Origin: Antedon mediterranea
Taxonomy: Eukaryota; Animalia; Echinodermata
NCBI RefSeq assembly: GCF_964355755.1
Contig: NC_092670.1
Span: forward strand, 36,444,388 to 36,508,387
Length of the DNA stretch: 64,000 nucleotides
Direction of reading: 5' to 3'
The notes beneath the pieces are model-generated. The model made no database searches and had not been told where the DNA came from. It was given only the letters and a program-made list of their open reading frames with translations. The translations under genes and the position numbers were made by a program. How positions within the stretch are numbered: position 1 is the stretch's first letter; each line of letters opens with the position of its first letter. Shown here in pieces: positions 52,101 to 64,000 of this stretch.

Positions 52101-55100
52101 CTTAATACACATAACAAAAAAGGAGTAAATTAGATTTAAATAAGATGACAGTAACCTCTAGGAAACCTTAAAGGCCCATTTACATTATGGCGATAACGAT
52201 CGACGATAAATAGATAAACATGCATTTTTCTTGGATAAAACGAAAGAAATTAGAACATTTTTCGTTCTATAACTATAGGATAATCATGTATGCTGTATTT
52301 GATAAAAATAATATTTTTGAAAATTCAATCAAATGACGTCATGATCAGTAAAACCATAAAATCATTGTATTGTAACGATATTATTGCTCTTACTAATCAT
52401 GACGTCATTTGATTGGACGTGTGAAAATATTATTTTCATTTAAGGCAGCATAGATGATAATCCTATAGTTCTAGGATGAAAACTTTTTTAAATTCTTTTG
52501 TTTTAGGTATGGAAAATGCATATTTATCTTTTTATTGTCGATCGTTATCGCCCTAGTGTAAATGGGCCTTAAGGGTCCTGTGATAGGAGGCCCACATAAA
52601 ACTAGACATTAAGATATAACAAAATAAAGAAATAGCTTTAAAGCATTCACTCAGCGTCAAAGCATTGTTTATTTCATCCATCCTGTAATTGGCAAGTTGT
52701 TATCTGAAATAAGAACTGCAGTAGTTATAAAGATGTTTGATATTCTTAGATATAAATGATACTGCAACATACTGCACTGCAATTTGTTTATTGTGTACTG
52801 AATGCTGTAATATCATATACATATTGCATTGATCTCATTTCAGCTTGTCATGCCAAGTAACACTAAGCAATACAGGAAAGGCACCAGTAGAGACGGCCAC
52901 ATTAGAACTTATGAATTTAGGTAAGAAGCATAATAATGCAGATAAATTAATTTGGTAACTGTTCGATATCGATCAAACACTACCAAATTCTGAAGTTGGT
53001 TTTTTGCATGTTACTTTACTCTAACCTGGGGAGGTGCACATCTTCAACTAGAAAGCCACTCCGAGAGTGCATACCTCCGCCTACTGTAAAATTCTCCTAC
53101 ATAAGATTTCTCCGGTAAAAAAAAAATATATATATATATTTGTGTGTGTCTTAATGCTGTTTGTGATTTAGGCTAATTTCATTACAAGCATGTGTATGCG
53201 AGTTTGGTGCAATGGTTATGTAACAAGCCTTTCAATTAACAATAGCTTCAGTTGACTAACAATAGAACAGCAACGCGAAAATCAAACGAATGAATTTGAA
53301 AACAAATAGGTTTTTTAAACTACTCGCATCAAAAAACGTGCACATTAAATCAAATTATGTTTCAAAATTACAAATCACTCTTGCCTCTTGTTAAAAAATG
53401 AAGTTTTTTGGACAAGTTGTTCTCGAGAAAATGCAATTTCAGTTTACTTGTTACTTTAAGACTGCTCGCCGGCTTTTGAAAAATTCTGTCCTATCTTTTA
53501 ACACTAGCAGGTCTAAAAAAGTATACTAAAAAGTGGTCCAGAATTGGGACTGTGGTCCCAAATGGTCCCAAAATTTAATGGAATGGTCCTTGACCACATA
53601 TCTATCTGTCTATTTATTTTGGTAAAGATCTTGTAATTACTTTTTGAATAATCCTGCTAACAAACAAACAAACACACGCTACTGATTACATATACCTCCT
53701 TGGCGGAGGTAAATGATGTGGAATTAAAGTTAAAAAACTGGATTTCGTTTTCCAGTTGGTGATCAGTGGCTGTGATGTACTAATACACCGGGGTAACCCC
53801 CTACTCGTCTCGAAAGATGTACTAGGTTCTTTAAAGTGCACACGAGCTAGTTGTATACACTGGACCTACGGTTTATAGTCCTTATCCGAGAAGACTCGTT
53901 CTACCACCAGAACCATGGAGTGAGTGAGCCTCGAACCCTTGCCGATGTTATGGCTACGTAATTACGGTTCCACTGTCTTAACCGCTCGGCCACTCACTCG
54001 ATTGTGCCTCAATGGAAGGGTGCACATGAACCCAGTTCACCGCCTAGCCTACCCCCTTTGCTTATATGTTGTATTTACTTGAGTAATTGTTGTTGCAGAT
54101 TCAGTACCTAAAGATTGCTTTACTTGGAGTGAAGAAAATATAGAAACGCAGTTGCCACTGGCAACCGGTGGCAAGTTACTCTTTACAATATACATCAAAG
54201 CTATTGGCGATTTCCTTTTAAAAAGTGCAATACAAAATGATGGTGAGTTAATGTTTAAATTATTCATTATTAAATGTAAACATTTTCAGCCATATTTATG
54301 TATATTGATGATCATTTGATTAGCATTTCAGCAGCAATAATTGAGTAAACCTCTTTTTGGAGAAATAGATGATTTTTGAACAGTTAAAATATGATATTAT
54401 TTTTCAATAAATGAATTTGATTGTTCTTTACTGTCCTTTCATTTATCCACTTTTTATTTGACCCATAACATAACATTTTCATTTTTATTCTCAAAGAGCT
54501 TTACCCATCATTTATACCAGCCACTACCATTTCAATTACTGCAGTAACAACAAAAAACGATTCAATGTTTTACAGAAATGCCAGAGACGCCAACAGTGAG
54601 TAGTTATTTCAATAGCCCGGCTCGTAGTACTCCAAATCGTTCGGTATCAACAGCATTTATAGAAGCTAGTAAACCATCGAGGATACAAGATAAAGTAGAC
54701 AGTATAGTTAAGGTATGTTGGCTATTCATGGTCATGTATTACAATATGTTGACCCCGGACTGTCAGACTGAATATGCTATGCATGATCTTAAAACAAAAA
54801 TAGGTTTACTAAACAACTTTTGTTTTGTCTTCAATTAAATGACAGGTTATTGTCCAATGTCTAAAGATTAGGCTATGAGCATTTCAAAGAATCTTGCCTA
54901 AAGTCACCCAATATGTAATGGGTAATATTTTGCAGCAAAACTAACCAAATGTATGGTGTACTAATACCTTTTACCTGTGTCAGTACAGTGTATTATAAAT
55001 ATTCTCTTTATTAATCCCTAAAATAACGATTCTCTCCTCTGATTCTTTACCACGTCGAAACACCGGTTCTCGTCAGATTACCGAAGTTAAGCCCGGTAAA

Positions 55101-58100
55101 AGCTTGGATGGGAGACCATCTGGGAATATCGGGTGCTGTATATGGAGCTGGGGCTCCCGTTAGGCATTTGAAATCAGCACTGTTGACTCTAATGGCAGCC
55201 CCTGCATCAAGTATCTGCCTCAGACGTATTGGGTTATGCCTTTCCTCTGGTCAAGGTGGGCACTGGACGAGAGGAGCCCTTGATCAATGTTAGGACCGAT
55301 TAAGGTGCTTTAAACAGTCCTGGCTTTGTTTGTGTCAAATGTGTTAGTGGCGGTAATTATCGCTGTTGGTTTCGATTGAATAAAATAAATAAATAAAATA
55401 AAATAAAGTACACTTTCAACACTTTCATTTCTTTATTTTAGACAATTGAAGGTATGTTGAAGCTGACGTATTCAGGTGGTGAAGGGCTGAAAGATTGTTA
55501 CTATCGTGAGACAAATATATTAATAAAACTTCACAAGAAACCATCGCTGATGATCACGAACTGGACGACGATACCAGCAACAAGGTACAAAATATGTAAT
55601 ATAAATGTTTTCCTTTCCTTGTTCTGTTTCTTTTTTGTAGCTTTTTCTTATACTTTTCCCCTTTTTATTTCTTTTTTTTTCTTTTTTTGTACTTTTTCCC
55701 CTTTTTCTTTTATTTCTTTTTTTATTTTTTCTTATATTTGTTTAACATTCTTATGTACTTTTATCCTTTTTTCCTTTTTATAATTTCTCCTTTTTTTTGT
55801 ATTTTTTCTTTTTTTTTCTTTTACTTTTTCTTTTTTTGTTTCCCTTTTAATTATTTGTTTTCCCAATTTATTTTAGCTGTTTATCTTTAATCTTATATTT
55901 TTATTGTTCTTTTCTTTTTGTCTAATTTTTCCCTTGTTCTTGTTATTTTTTTCAGCCATTTTTTTTTCCGTTTTATTTCTTTCCTTACCTGTGTTTCTCT
56001 CTTTTTCTTTCTTTTTCCTCTTTTCCATTTTCCCCTATTTCTTTATGAGCTATTTTTTTTTATTTCAGTCCACAGCAATTTTACTTGGTGTTAGATTTTT
56101 TAAATGGAACATGCAATGAAGTACATGTGCAATATGGCAGTAATCAAAGTATGATATTAACCCACAAACAGAGTAAAAGGTAGGATAATCAATTTCATCA
56201 AAATTTAATCATTTTTACTGTAATTTATTCAAATTAAGCTCTGTCAAACACTATCAAACTAGTTTCACAACAAAAGTGTGATGTGCCAAAATATGGTAGT
56301 GATATCCCTAATATGATAGTGATATGACACCATCATGTCCATACTGTATATGGATATTTTTGTTGTCACATAAAGTTTGATAGTGTAGACAGAGCTTTAC
56401 AAATGACAAATGGGTGTCTATGAGCCTGTTTCTAAACATTGAAGTCGGTTTTATAAAAAGATCGTGTTGCATTTAAAAATTGCTCCACTGCAAACTTTTC
56501 TAAAACCTGTAATTGATCAAGGTTGGAAAAATAAAAGAAAATGATGGTTTAAGTTAAATTTTTTACCTCCATATGCAGTCACAAATAGCTCAAAGTGTTA
56601 GAAATATACCTGTGCTGAAGAACATTTTGGTAGGAAATGAAAATGCATGCATATCAAATGCAGGTATGAACAAAAAGAAGAAATTCAACAAAGAATGCCT
56701 GCAAACACTTACAAATAAAAAAATGAGTAGGGTGTGTTTTTGAAAGAATTTGATTTTCAGCCTCCTTGTTCTAATAAGTCACAATATAAGACAAAGCGTG
56801 AAATATATTTTTTCATTTTTGCGTGGACACAAAAATCGCAAGGTATTTTTAAAAAGCGGTAGCGAAATCACCATGGTAAGGTGGTATGAAAAAGAATAAA
56901 AATCAGTTGACTAACAGCGGTGTGGTTTGCGTGTATGATTTATAAATTGCCTTGTATTCACTCTCTTCAAACTTTTCTATTTCGTGTTTGTTTCACAATA
57001 CAGGATGAGAAACTTGTTTCTCCCTACTGCAATGAGGCAATTCAATGGAAACGTTGATCATTTTATGCTATACCTTTACACACACACCAATCTTGCTTGT
57101 ATTTTGTATTTTAAACGATGTATTTTATCTTCAAATTTTAACCTTTTTAACTAATTTTTATATTGTTATGTGAATTTTTAACTTTGAACAAACAACAATA
57201 ATTTCAAAATACCATATTTTACTGTGTTTGACCATGAATAAATGAAATTATGTTTTAAAATAAATGCACTTTTTTGCATCGTTGGTTAATTTCCCATTTG
57301 TCAACAGGATAGCAATCTTACTAGATAGATTTACAATAATACAGCCTAAGCCAGCTTCTCCGGTCACACCTAAACCAGGCTGTGTGCCTGTACTTCAGGA
57401 GCAGGTGAAGCTTGATGTATTATATGCTCAGCAGCTTGCCATGCTTACCAATATCACATGGTCTATAATATCCTTTGTTAATATTAAATTATGATTTATC
57501 CACTAAATATCAGATTTTAGCATTCAATTTTTATTGATGCATGCATGACCCAGTTTTTTTAATTGAAATAATTTACATAAACGTTTATATTAAGCATGAT
57601 GTTTTAGGGAAATCGTTAATTTGAAGGGGCGTGAACTTCTAAAGTCAGTAGGTGTATTATCTTTTTGTGTCAAAGTTTAGAATACTACAATGCACGTCTA
57701 TTGTTACTACTATAATTTATAGCTTTCTGTAATATCCAGATGTTTTACCCTATACAGTACTTTTGACGCTGATGGCTATCGGAAATCGTTGACTCACGGT
57801 CAGCGGCTGTCAATATACGTATAACCATTATTTTGCATTCTAACTAAGTTGCACAGCAATAACCGGTTATATGGCGTTCTAACACTGAATTGATTAGGTA
57901 TTTTTAACCGTTATTTTCAGGCTGCGATATAACAGGTTACCGAAAATTTGTCCTGTTTCTGCTGCGAAGAAATTGTCGTTAATTTATTCACACGTTTCAT
58001 AACTGGTTAATAACCGTTTATAGAAACAAGACCGTTGAATCTTAGTAAGGCTGTCCAGAACTTGGACGCTTATTAGTGGCCCCAAAAAGGTAATGAGTAT

Positions 58101-61100
58101 CGAATGAGTCGAATTACAGTGATTATTAACGCAATGCAAAATTTGTTTTTAAAATAAACATATCAAGCACGGCTCTCAGCTTCACTTTAGTAAAGACATC
58201 AAACATTTTATTATTCAAACGGTGACATTTACATTGGCACTGCATAAAATACAAGTTATCATCATGTATGTGAAAGTTGAGCTTCATGCAGGTTGTCGTT
58301 TTGTAACACATGGTTCATCAAATATGATGATTATGTGTGAAAAGTTTTCCAGATTCTTCGTGGGAAATATCATTCAGTGTGAATTCCTTATGCGTGATAT
58401 ATTGTAATGTATTTCACAATGTGTGATGAAATTAATGGCCATAGAGTACTACACTGTAGAATGATATGAAATTGTTCAATTTCAATAGTTTTGAAAGAGT
58501 GTCCATTCGTGTTGAAAAATGCTATATTAATTAATAGTAAATACAACAAATAAATTGAAAAATGGGGGAAAATAAAACTAGCTTTATGTAGGTTTAATTT
58601 TGATAAAAAAAAATTAGCTAAATGCGATTACAAGTATAACATTCTGAAAATGTGAAAAATTAATGTATTTGATCTAAGCGGACACCCGGTAAAGTGTCAG
58701 TCTATCGGAGATATCTATTTATTAGGCCGATAGACGCTCAAACTTTTTAACACACCTCTGAATTTGCTGTCATTAAAACAAAATCCAAAAACAAATAATA
58801 ATTAAGGTGTCTTCTTCTTCTACAAACACAAAATAAAAATGGTAAAAAGTTTCTAGGATGTGTCCGATAGTATATTTATGACCTGCCAATTTTTTTTTTT
58901 TACACTGAAGAAAAATTAATAATTAATTAAATAATTTTTCCACTACCTCTTATTATTTAAAATTAATAAAATGTACAGCTCTGCTTTGTAAATGAAATCT
59001 GTTTTTCAAGTTGTAGAGTTTAAAATTATATTCGTCTTTAACAAATACTGTACTAGTAATGAATCATGCAATTTAATTGCCGTTATCATGTTCGCGTGAC
59101 CAAATACCAGCATATTCTACAAGTTTGATAAATTTATATGCATTATGTATTTAACCAATTCAATATTATTACAGTCATTAAATTAAATTGTAAACTGAAA
59201 CCTCGGAAAATATTAATTAGTAGGCCCCTTGATATAATCTTTTAATCTCTTCTTTCAGTTAAAGCGTGGTTCCCACTAGCGACGCAACGCAAGGACGTAA
59301 CACAACGCAAGTGAATTGACCAATCTCAAGCGATGGCTTATTCGCTTGTGATTGCTAACTGTTTATAACTTCGCTTGTCATTGGTTAAAACGCTTCCGTT
59401 GCGTTTAAGTCCTTGCGTTACGTTCTAGTGGGAACCACGCTTTATTTTGACAATCCTATTGTAATGATATTCTTAATAATACAAGAATAATTAATATAGG
59501 CAAGTTACCAGTAGGAGTACCAATAGAAGCTTAAAACAAGTTGTTATGAAATAAATAAAATTGTTTTTCAGCATAAACCATATATTAAAATTCTTATGAA
59601 TTTTATATTTTTATCACAAAATTGTAAATTTCAGTAAACCTAACATTTTAAAATTAGGCATACTATCATCATCATCATCTGCACTCAGACCTAGTAAGGT
59701 CAAAACATAATTGCTCTGATTACTAGCTGCATAATAGGAGTATGTTTCCATAAGTGTTTAATCCAAAAGTTGACAGGAGTTATAATGTGAAGCGCTTAGA
59801 AGCAATGTGCAATAAGTGTTATATAAGAATGAGTATATTATTATCATCTTCTCCATCACCACCATAATCATCACCATCCCCATTGTCATCGTCGTTATCA
59901 TCACCACCATCACGATCATCACCATCACCGCCATAATGATCATCGCCATCAACATCACCATCGTCATCATCATCACCATCACGATCATCATCATCACGAT
60001 CATCACTATAACTGCCATCGTCATCATCGACATCAACATCACCACCACCTTCATCGTCATCACCATCGTCATCACCACAACCATCACGATCATCACCGTC
60101 ATAACCACCACCACCTTCATCGTCATCACCATCATCATCACCACAACCATCACGATCATCACCGTCATAACCATCACCACCATCGTCATCACCATCATCA
60201 TCATTATTAATAATACCATCATCATTATCTTGTTGTTCTTCATCTTCTTCATCAGCATCACCATGATCACCATGATCATCATCACCACCACTGCTGGATG
60301 TAACCCTCCTCCTGCATTTTCCAATTCCTTGGATATCACTTTATGATGTCATCTCCCAACTAAAATTTGAATGGCGATAAAGTGCAAGTTTAAAACTTTT
60401 ACTTTGTATTCAAACACAAGCAGAATTCAGTATGGTACCATATTTATTTTGATAATAATTACAAAGATGATTGATTGCATTAATTTCCCCAAGCACAAGA
60501 TTTGTCTTGACTTGGTAAGTGATAGTGCTTGTGATGTTCCCTTGATACGCTTATATCTAATTCAGTAATTTAAAAAGACTTTGTGCATGTTTGTAAACGT
60601 AATTTAAGAGCTCATCTATGCCAATATTATACAGTTGTTTGTGTGCGGTACAAATCATGAATATTGTTACGAATGTTTCACAGATGTGTTTGTTTGTCAC
60701 CTATGTGTACTAAATACCGTTAATGATCGTCCCTTGCCAGTTCATCAGGAATGCCACGTTGTTAATTTGTTTGTAGTACAAGTGTACTTTACTTTAAAAA
60801 TAAATATTATGACAGGATGTAGAGTATTCCTTAACTAAGTTATTAGGCTGCAGAGAAAAGATCCGGTACAGTATCAGTAGAGTACATTTCCCTATCTGAT
60901 GCAATGATAGACAACATCCGACTATGTCCCATCCAGTGGAGTGTCACCATTAATGAGATGCAGCATGAACACCAGGAGGATCCTTTAAAGGTGAAGGTTG
61001 GTGAAATCGTTGACCTCCGGGTCAATCTGACGAACAACATGGAGGAGTTGTTGGATGATTTGAGTATTGTGGTTGAACCGTTTCAAGATCAACAGAATGG

Positions 61101-61872
61101 TGTGAAGCTTGCGCACTTCGATGAACATGTGGCATGTATGGGTTGCAATAAGGTTATAGATGAATCAGTAAGTATAATTTAGTAAAACAGTAAAAACACA
61201 GAGAACATACAGTATGTATGATATTTTTGTATTTTGCCAGTTTTCAAATCACATTTCTGTTTTTTAAATGGACAATAAAGTATATATGACACTGACTATG
61301 ACTATGACTATGTATATTACAAGGAATTGTTTTAAAAGCCAACATTTTGTATGATTCTTTAAAATCAACCCAATGTTGTCTGTGTTTTGTTTTTTTTTGC
61401 CAAAAGCCGCCCAACCAATCAACCAATAATAATAGAGAACAACATGTTGCAAACACAAATAAGTCGATTCCCGCATGCAGCTGGTTTTACTTTGGTTTTT
61501 TTTTTTCATGTTTTGAATCCTTAATGATGATGGTGTTTGAAAGTATATAGCTCTATGATCCAGTAAAAATATCATTTCCCCTTTATTTAGCTTGGGGCAG
61601 GATTGTCCTTAACGCATACATGCCAGTACGTCTTCTTCCAGCCCGGCCTTTTCAAGTTCAGTATGCAATGCAGGGAGAAACGTCCACGCTTCAGCAGCAA
61701 AGACTCTCCGGAGGCAACTCCTCAACCAGAAAGGCTTAGCCTTCAGATGCCACGCATCAGCCAGCCTAGCAAGCCTGTTACGACACCCAAGTTTAAAGGA
61801 AAGGCACAAACCAGCCTAACAGTGTGGAAGTACAGGCCTCCGATAGAAGTGCTAGTAGTAGGGGAGGGGTGA
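43109..61872 (+). CDS. TRAPPC9: Trafficking protein particle complex subunit 9 (NIBP/Trs120)
   Basis: 20 phase-compatible exons: 43109-43701, 44149-44294, 44660-44797, 45373-45491, 46065-46133, 47740-47940, 48459-48622, 49346-49522, 50211-50365, 50739-50824, 51306-51432, 51746-51959, 52844-52920, 54099-54242, 54576-54712, 55442-55584, 56069-56179, 57308-57467, 60847-61167, 61591-61872. Motifs [57 protein letters not shown] and NPLPFELRV. Confidence 0.95.
46178..46386. mobile_element. Harbinger-like MITE
   Basis: AGGCCAATTTACACAGACGA...TCGTCTGTGTAAATAGGCCT. Confidence 0.7.
48970..49198 (-). mobile_element. tRNA-derived SINE
   Basis: Minus-strand head GAGTGAGTGGCCGAGCGGTTAAG (A box)...GGTTTCGAGG (B box); near-identical to 53757-53999, with further copies at ~2820-3062, 48170-48345 and 51035-51235. 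Confidence 0.85.
52172..52569. mobile_element. PIF/Harbinger-type MITE family C, second copy
   Basis: TAA TSD and AGGCCCATTTACA TIR; homologous to 9368-9768. Confidence 0.85.
53046..53712. mobile_element. Helentron/Helitron2-associated non-autonomous element (HINE-like)
   Basis: AACTAG end with subterminal TACCTCCGCC, an (AAAC)n microsatellite, and terminal palindrome TACCTCCTTGGCGGAGGTA. Confidence 0.65.
53757..53999 (-). mobile_element. tRNA-derived SINE
   Basis: A box TGGCCGAGCGG and B box GGTTCGAGG on the minus strand; same family as 48970-49198. Confidence 0.85.
55047..55407 (+). mobile_element. 5S rRNA-derived SINE (SINE3-type), near full length
   Basis: TACCACG..GAAACACCGGTTCTCGTCAGATTACCGAAGTTAAGC..CTTGGATGGGAGACC..CTGGGAATA.CGGGTGCTGTA (5S head), a body shared with the 3465 copy, and an (AATAA)n tail. 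Confidence 0.8.
59262..59421. mobile_element. MITE family B
   Basis: AGCGTGGTTCCCACTAG...CTAGTGGGAACCACGCT. Confidence 0.85.
59840..60290. repeat. Degenerate (CAT/CAC)n trinucleotide repeat
   Basis: Direct inspection; it explains the low-complexity ORFs on both strands. Confidence 0.92.
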
Positions 61873-63351
61873 AATTCCTAGCCTATAAATGAGTTTTTCT
61901 GGTAAGCACTTCTCTGCATGTTGAAATTTCTGTGATGAAATCTGGAAGGTAGAAAATATTTTCTCATCATAGTCTCAAGATTTTGTAGACCCCCATTCAA
62001 ATCTTTATGAGGTGACGAGTTCCTGCACGCAATAAGGCGTAACACTGCACATCTTGTAACATTTTAAAATTATCGTCTGCTGTTACGGTAGCATGATGAT
62101 TTATGTCTATATTCCCCTTTATAATGTCATCAACCTTAAACAAATTATAATGCAAGATATTTTACTGTAGTAAAACGCAGTCTGTAGACCGTTTTATGCC
62201 TATGTAGTTGTCTCCACAACAGATGTTAACTGCATGCTTTTGTAAATTCAGATTCACTTATAGGCAACAATGGAACTAACATTGATCACTGTTAATGAAT
62301 ACAAGGGCATCCTATCTTGAGAGAATGAGAAATTTAGCTATCCACATTTGCATGCATCATCCAGCCCGTAGCTAGGGAACATTCAAAGTTTCAGTCGAAC
62401 CCCTTTCTTCCTGAAGTGTGACCGGCAATAAAAGTGATAATATGCTTTAGGTTAGCTTATGATGATTTTTTTCTTTTTTTGGTTAAAAATATACGATTTT
62501 GTGGGGGAAAAAAAGCATTCCCAAGTAAATATCCTGGCAACTGGTTTGCATGCCATACCTATTCAATCTTGTCCACACCTGATTAAAATCATGTTGTGGA
62601 GGTTTGTTCTGGAAAACCAGGATAACTTTAAATTCCTTCCCATCTCTCATCATCTCATCTTTATGAACAACATTCTCCTCTCCGACACTTGTTCTTTTAT
62701 ATGTAGAGCATACATCATTTGAAGAAATGGTCATATATCTATAATGTCAAATAAATGTCACAGTTGGACCACCCTTACCATCTCTAAAATAGAATAGTAT
62801 AGACAATCTAAAGTCTTCAAAATAGTCTTAGCATGGAAATTAAAAATCTGTAATTACTTTCTTTTAATATCAACAAACGTAATTATTAATATTTAGTAAT
62901 ACAAAGTAATTATTATTTAGTCTGCGGAGTTCATTATTTTTATGAAAAATTTCCTTGAAATGATGGGTAATGGGTCCCTTGACAATCAGTACCCAGAGAA
63001 TAAGAAATATTAATAGTTCTCGGAAATAGATAACTAGTGATTTACTGTTTTTAAATATTTTATTTAGTGTGTGCTGGTCACAGGCTGAAAAACCCAGAGG
63101 GGCTTTCTTTCTTTTTTTTTCTTTTTTTTCAATTCAAATAGAAATGTATTCTTTAAAAAAAATTTAAAACAAAAAAAGTTTATTTTAAATCACTAGGAAG
63201 AAATATTTGTTTTGAGATAAAATATCATTCACCATATTAGGAATTATTAGATCATTGAAATCTAATATATATATATCATTTTAAATTAATATTTATAATG
63301 TTTGAAATATACAACTTATATTCGTCACATTTTAATCACAACTTAGGCTCA

Positions 63352-64000
63352 CATTCACTGTTAATCATCCCTCTACTGATCATGATCAAGCAAGTTATGT
63401 GACCTTTAAATGATCAAATAACAAGCTATGTCTCATCAAGCGGAACCTGTTAGATTAGCTAATTAATTCATAAATAGAATCAACCAATCGGCATTCACTG
63501 TTAATCATGCTTCTACTGATCATGATCAAGCAAGTTATGTGACCTTTAAATGATCAAATAACAAGCTATGTCTCATCAAGCGGAACCTGTTAGATTAGCT
63601 AATTAATTCATAAATAGAATCAACCAATCGGCATTCACTGTTAATCATCCCTCTACTGATCATGATCAAGCAAGTTATGTGACCTTTAAATGATCAAATA
63701 ACAATCTATGTCTGATCAAGCGGAACCTGTTAGATTAGCTAATAATTCATAAATAGAATCAACCAATCGGCATTCACTGTTAATCATGCTTCTACTGATC
63801 ATGATCAAGCAAGTTATGTGACCTTTAAATGATCAAATAACATGCTCTGTGTGATCAAGCGGAACCTGTTAGATTAGCTAATTAATTCATAAATAGAATC
63901 AACCAATCAGCATTCACTGTTAATCATGCTTCTACTGATCATGATCAAGCAAGTTATGTGACCTTTAAATGATCAAATAACATGCTCTGTGTGATCAAGC
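63352..64000. repeat. ~140-bp tandem satellite running off the right edge
   Basis: CATTCACTGTTAATCAT starts at 63352, 63492, 63632, 63771 and 63911. Confidence 0.95.

Larger units (their letters stand above)
57468..60846 (+). other. U12-type (minor spliceosome) intron with AT-AG termini
   Basis: 5' site ATATCCTTT at 57468; branch sequence TTCCTTAAC at 60827-60835; AG at 60845-60846; the flanking exons join in phase 0. Confidence 0.88.

Noticed and set aside
53910-53999. tRNA gene
   Set aside because: A and B boxes are present, but it is the head of a multi-copy SINE and I could not fold a convincing cloverleaf.
55047-55140. Functional 5S rRNA gene
   Set aside because: Internal deletion, no oligo-T terminator, and continuation into a shared SINE body.
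55585-56060. Phe-rich, membrane-protein-like ORFs
   Set aside because: T-rich low-complexity intron between two well-defined TRAPPC9 exons.
59758-60346. Long ORFs on both strands (193 and 176 aa)
   Set aside because: Produced by a CAT/CAC trinucleotide repeat inside a TRAPPC9 intron.
7970-61872. A functional NF-kB gene cluster (kB-linked PARP, Spaetzle-like ligand, NIBP/TRAPPC9)
   Set aside because: Thematically tempting, but adjacency in an animal genome is not evidence of co-function without conserved synteny or co-expression.

Overview
AT-rich, intron-containing animal genomic DNA; the gene and repeat content suggests a marine invertebrate, possibly a deuterostome, but the species cannot be fixed from sequence alone. 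Seven protein-coding genes were reconstructed by hand from splice signals: the 5' part of a Tousled-like kinase (minus, runs off the left edge); a divergently transcribed PARP-domain gene with an intact H-Y-E triad and a C-terminal UBA-like exon separated by an exon-terminal TAG; a secreted furin-processed neurotrophin/Spaetzle-like protein with a reduced cystine knot; ORMDL; a PHOSPHO1/2-type HAD phosphatase; TOMM7; and a 20-coding-exon TRAPPC9. The intergenic and intronic DNA is dense with MITEs, tRNA- and 5S-derived SINEs, Helitron/Helentron ends, a Merlin transposase relic, an IS3EU-like foldback and satellites. The best leads are a probable TOMM7-PHOSPHO bicistronic or alternatively processed transcript, the kB-site-linked PARP-UBA gene with a TAG|ATG splice junction, the knot-less neurotrophin/Spaetzle-like ligand, an AT-AG U12 intron in TRAPPC9, and a 62-bp PHOSPHO coding fragment in an ORMDL intron that differs only at synonymous sites. 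All gene models and family calls are by eye and from remembered family motifs; no searches were run.
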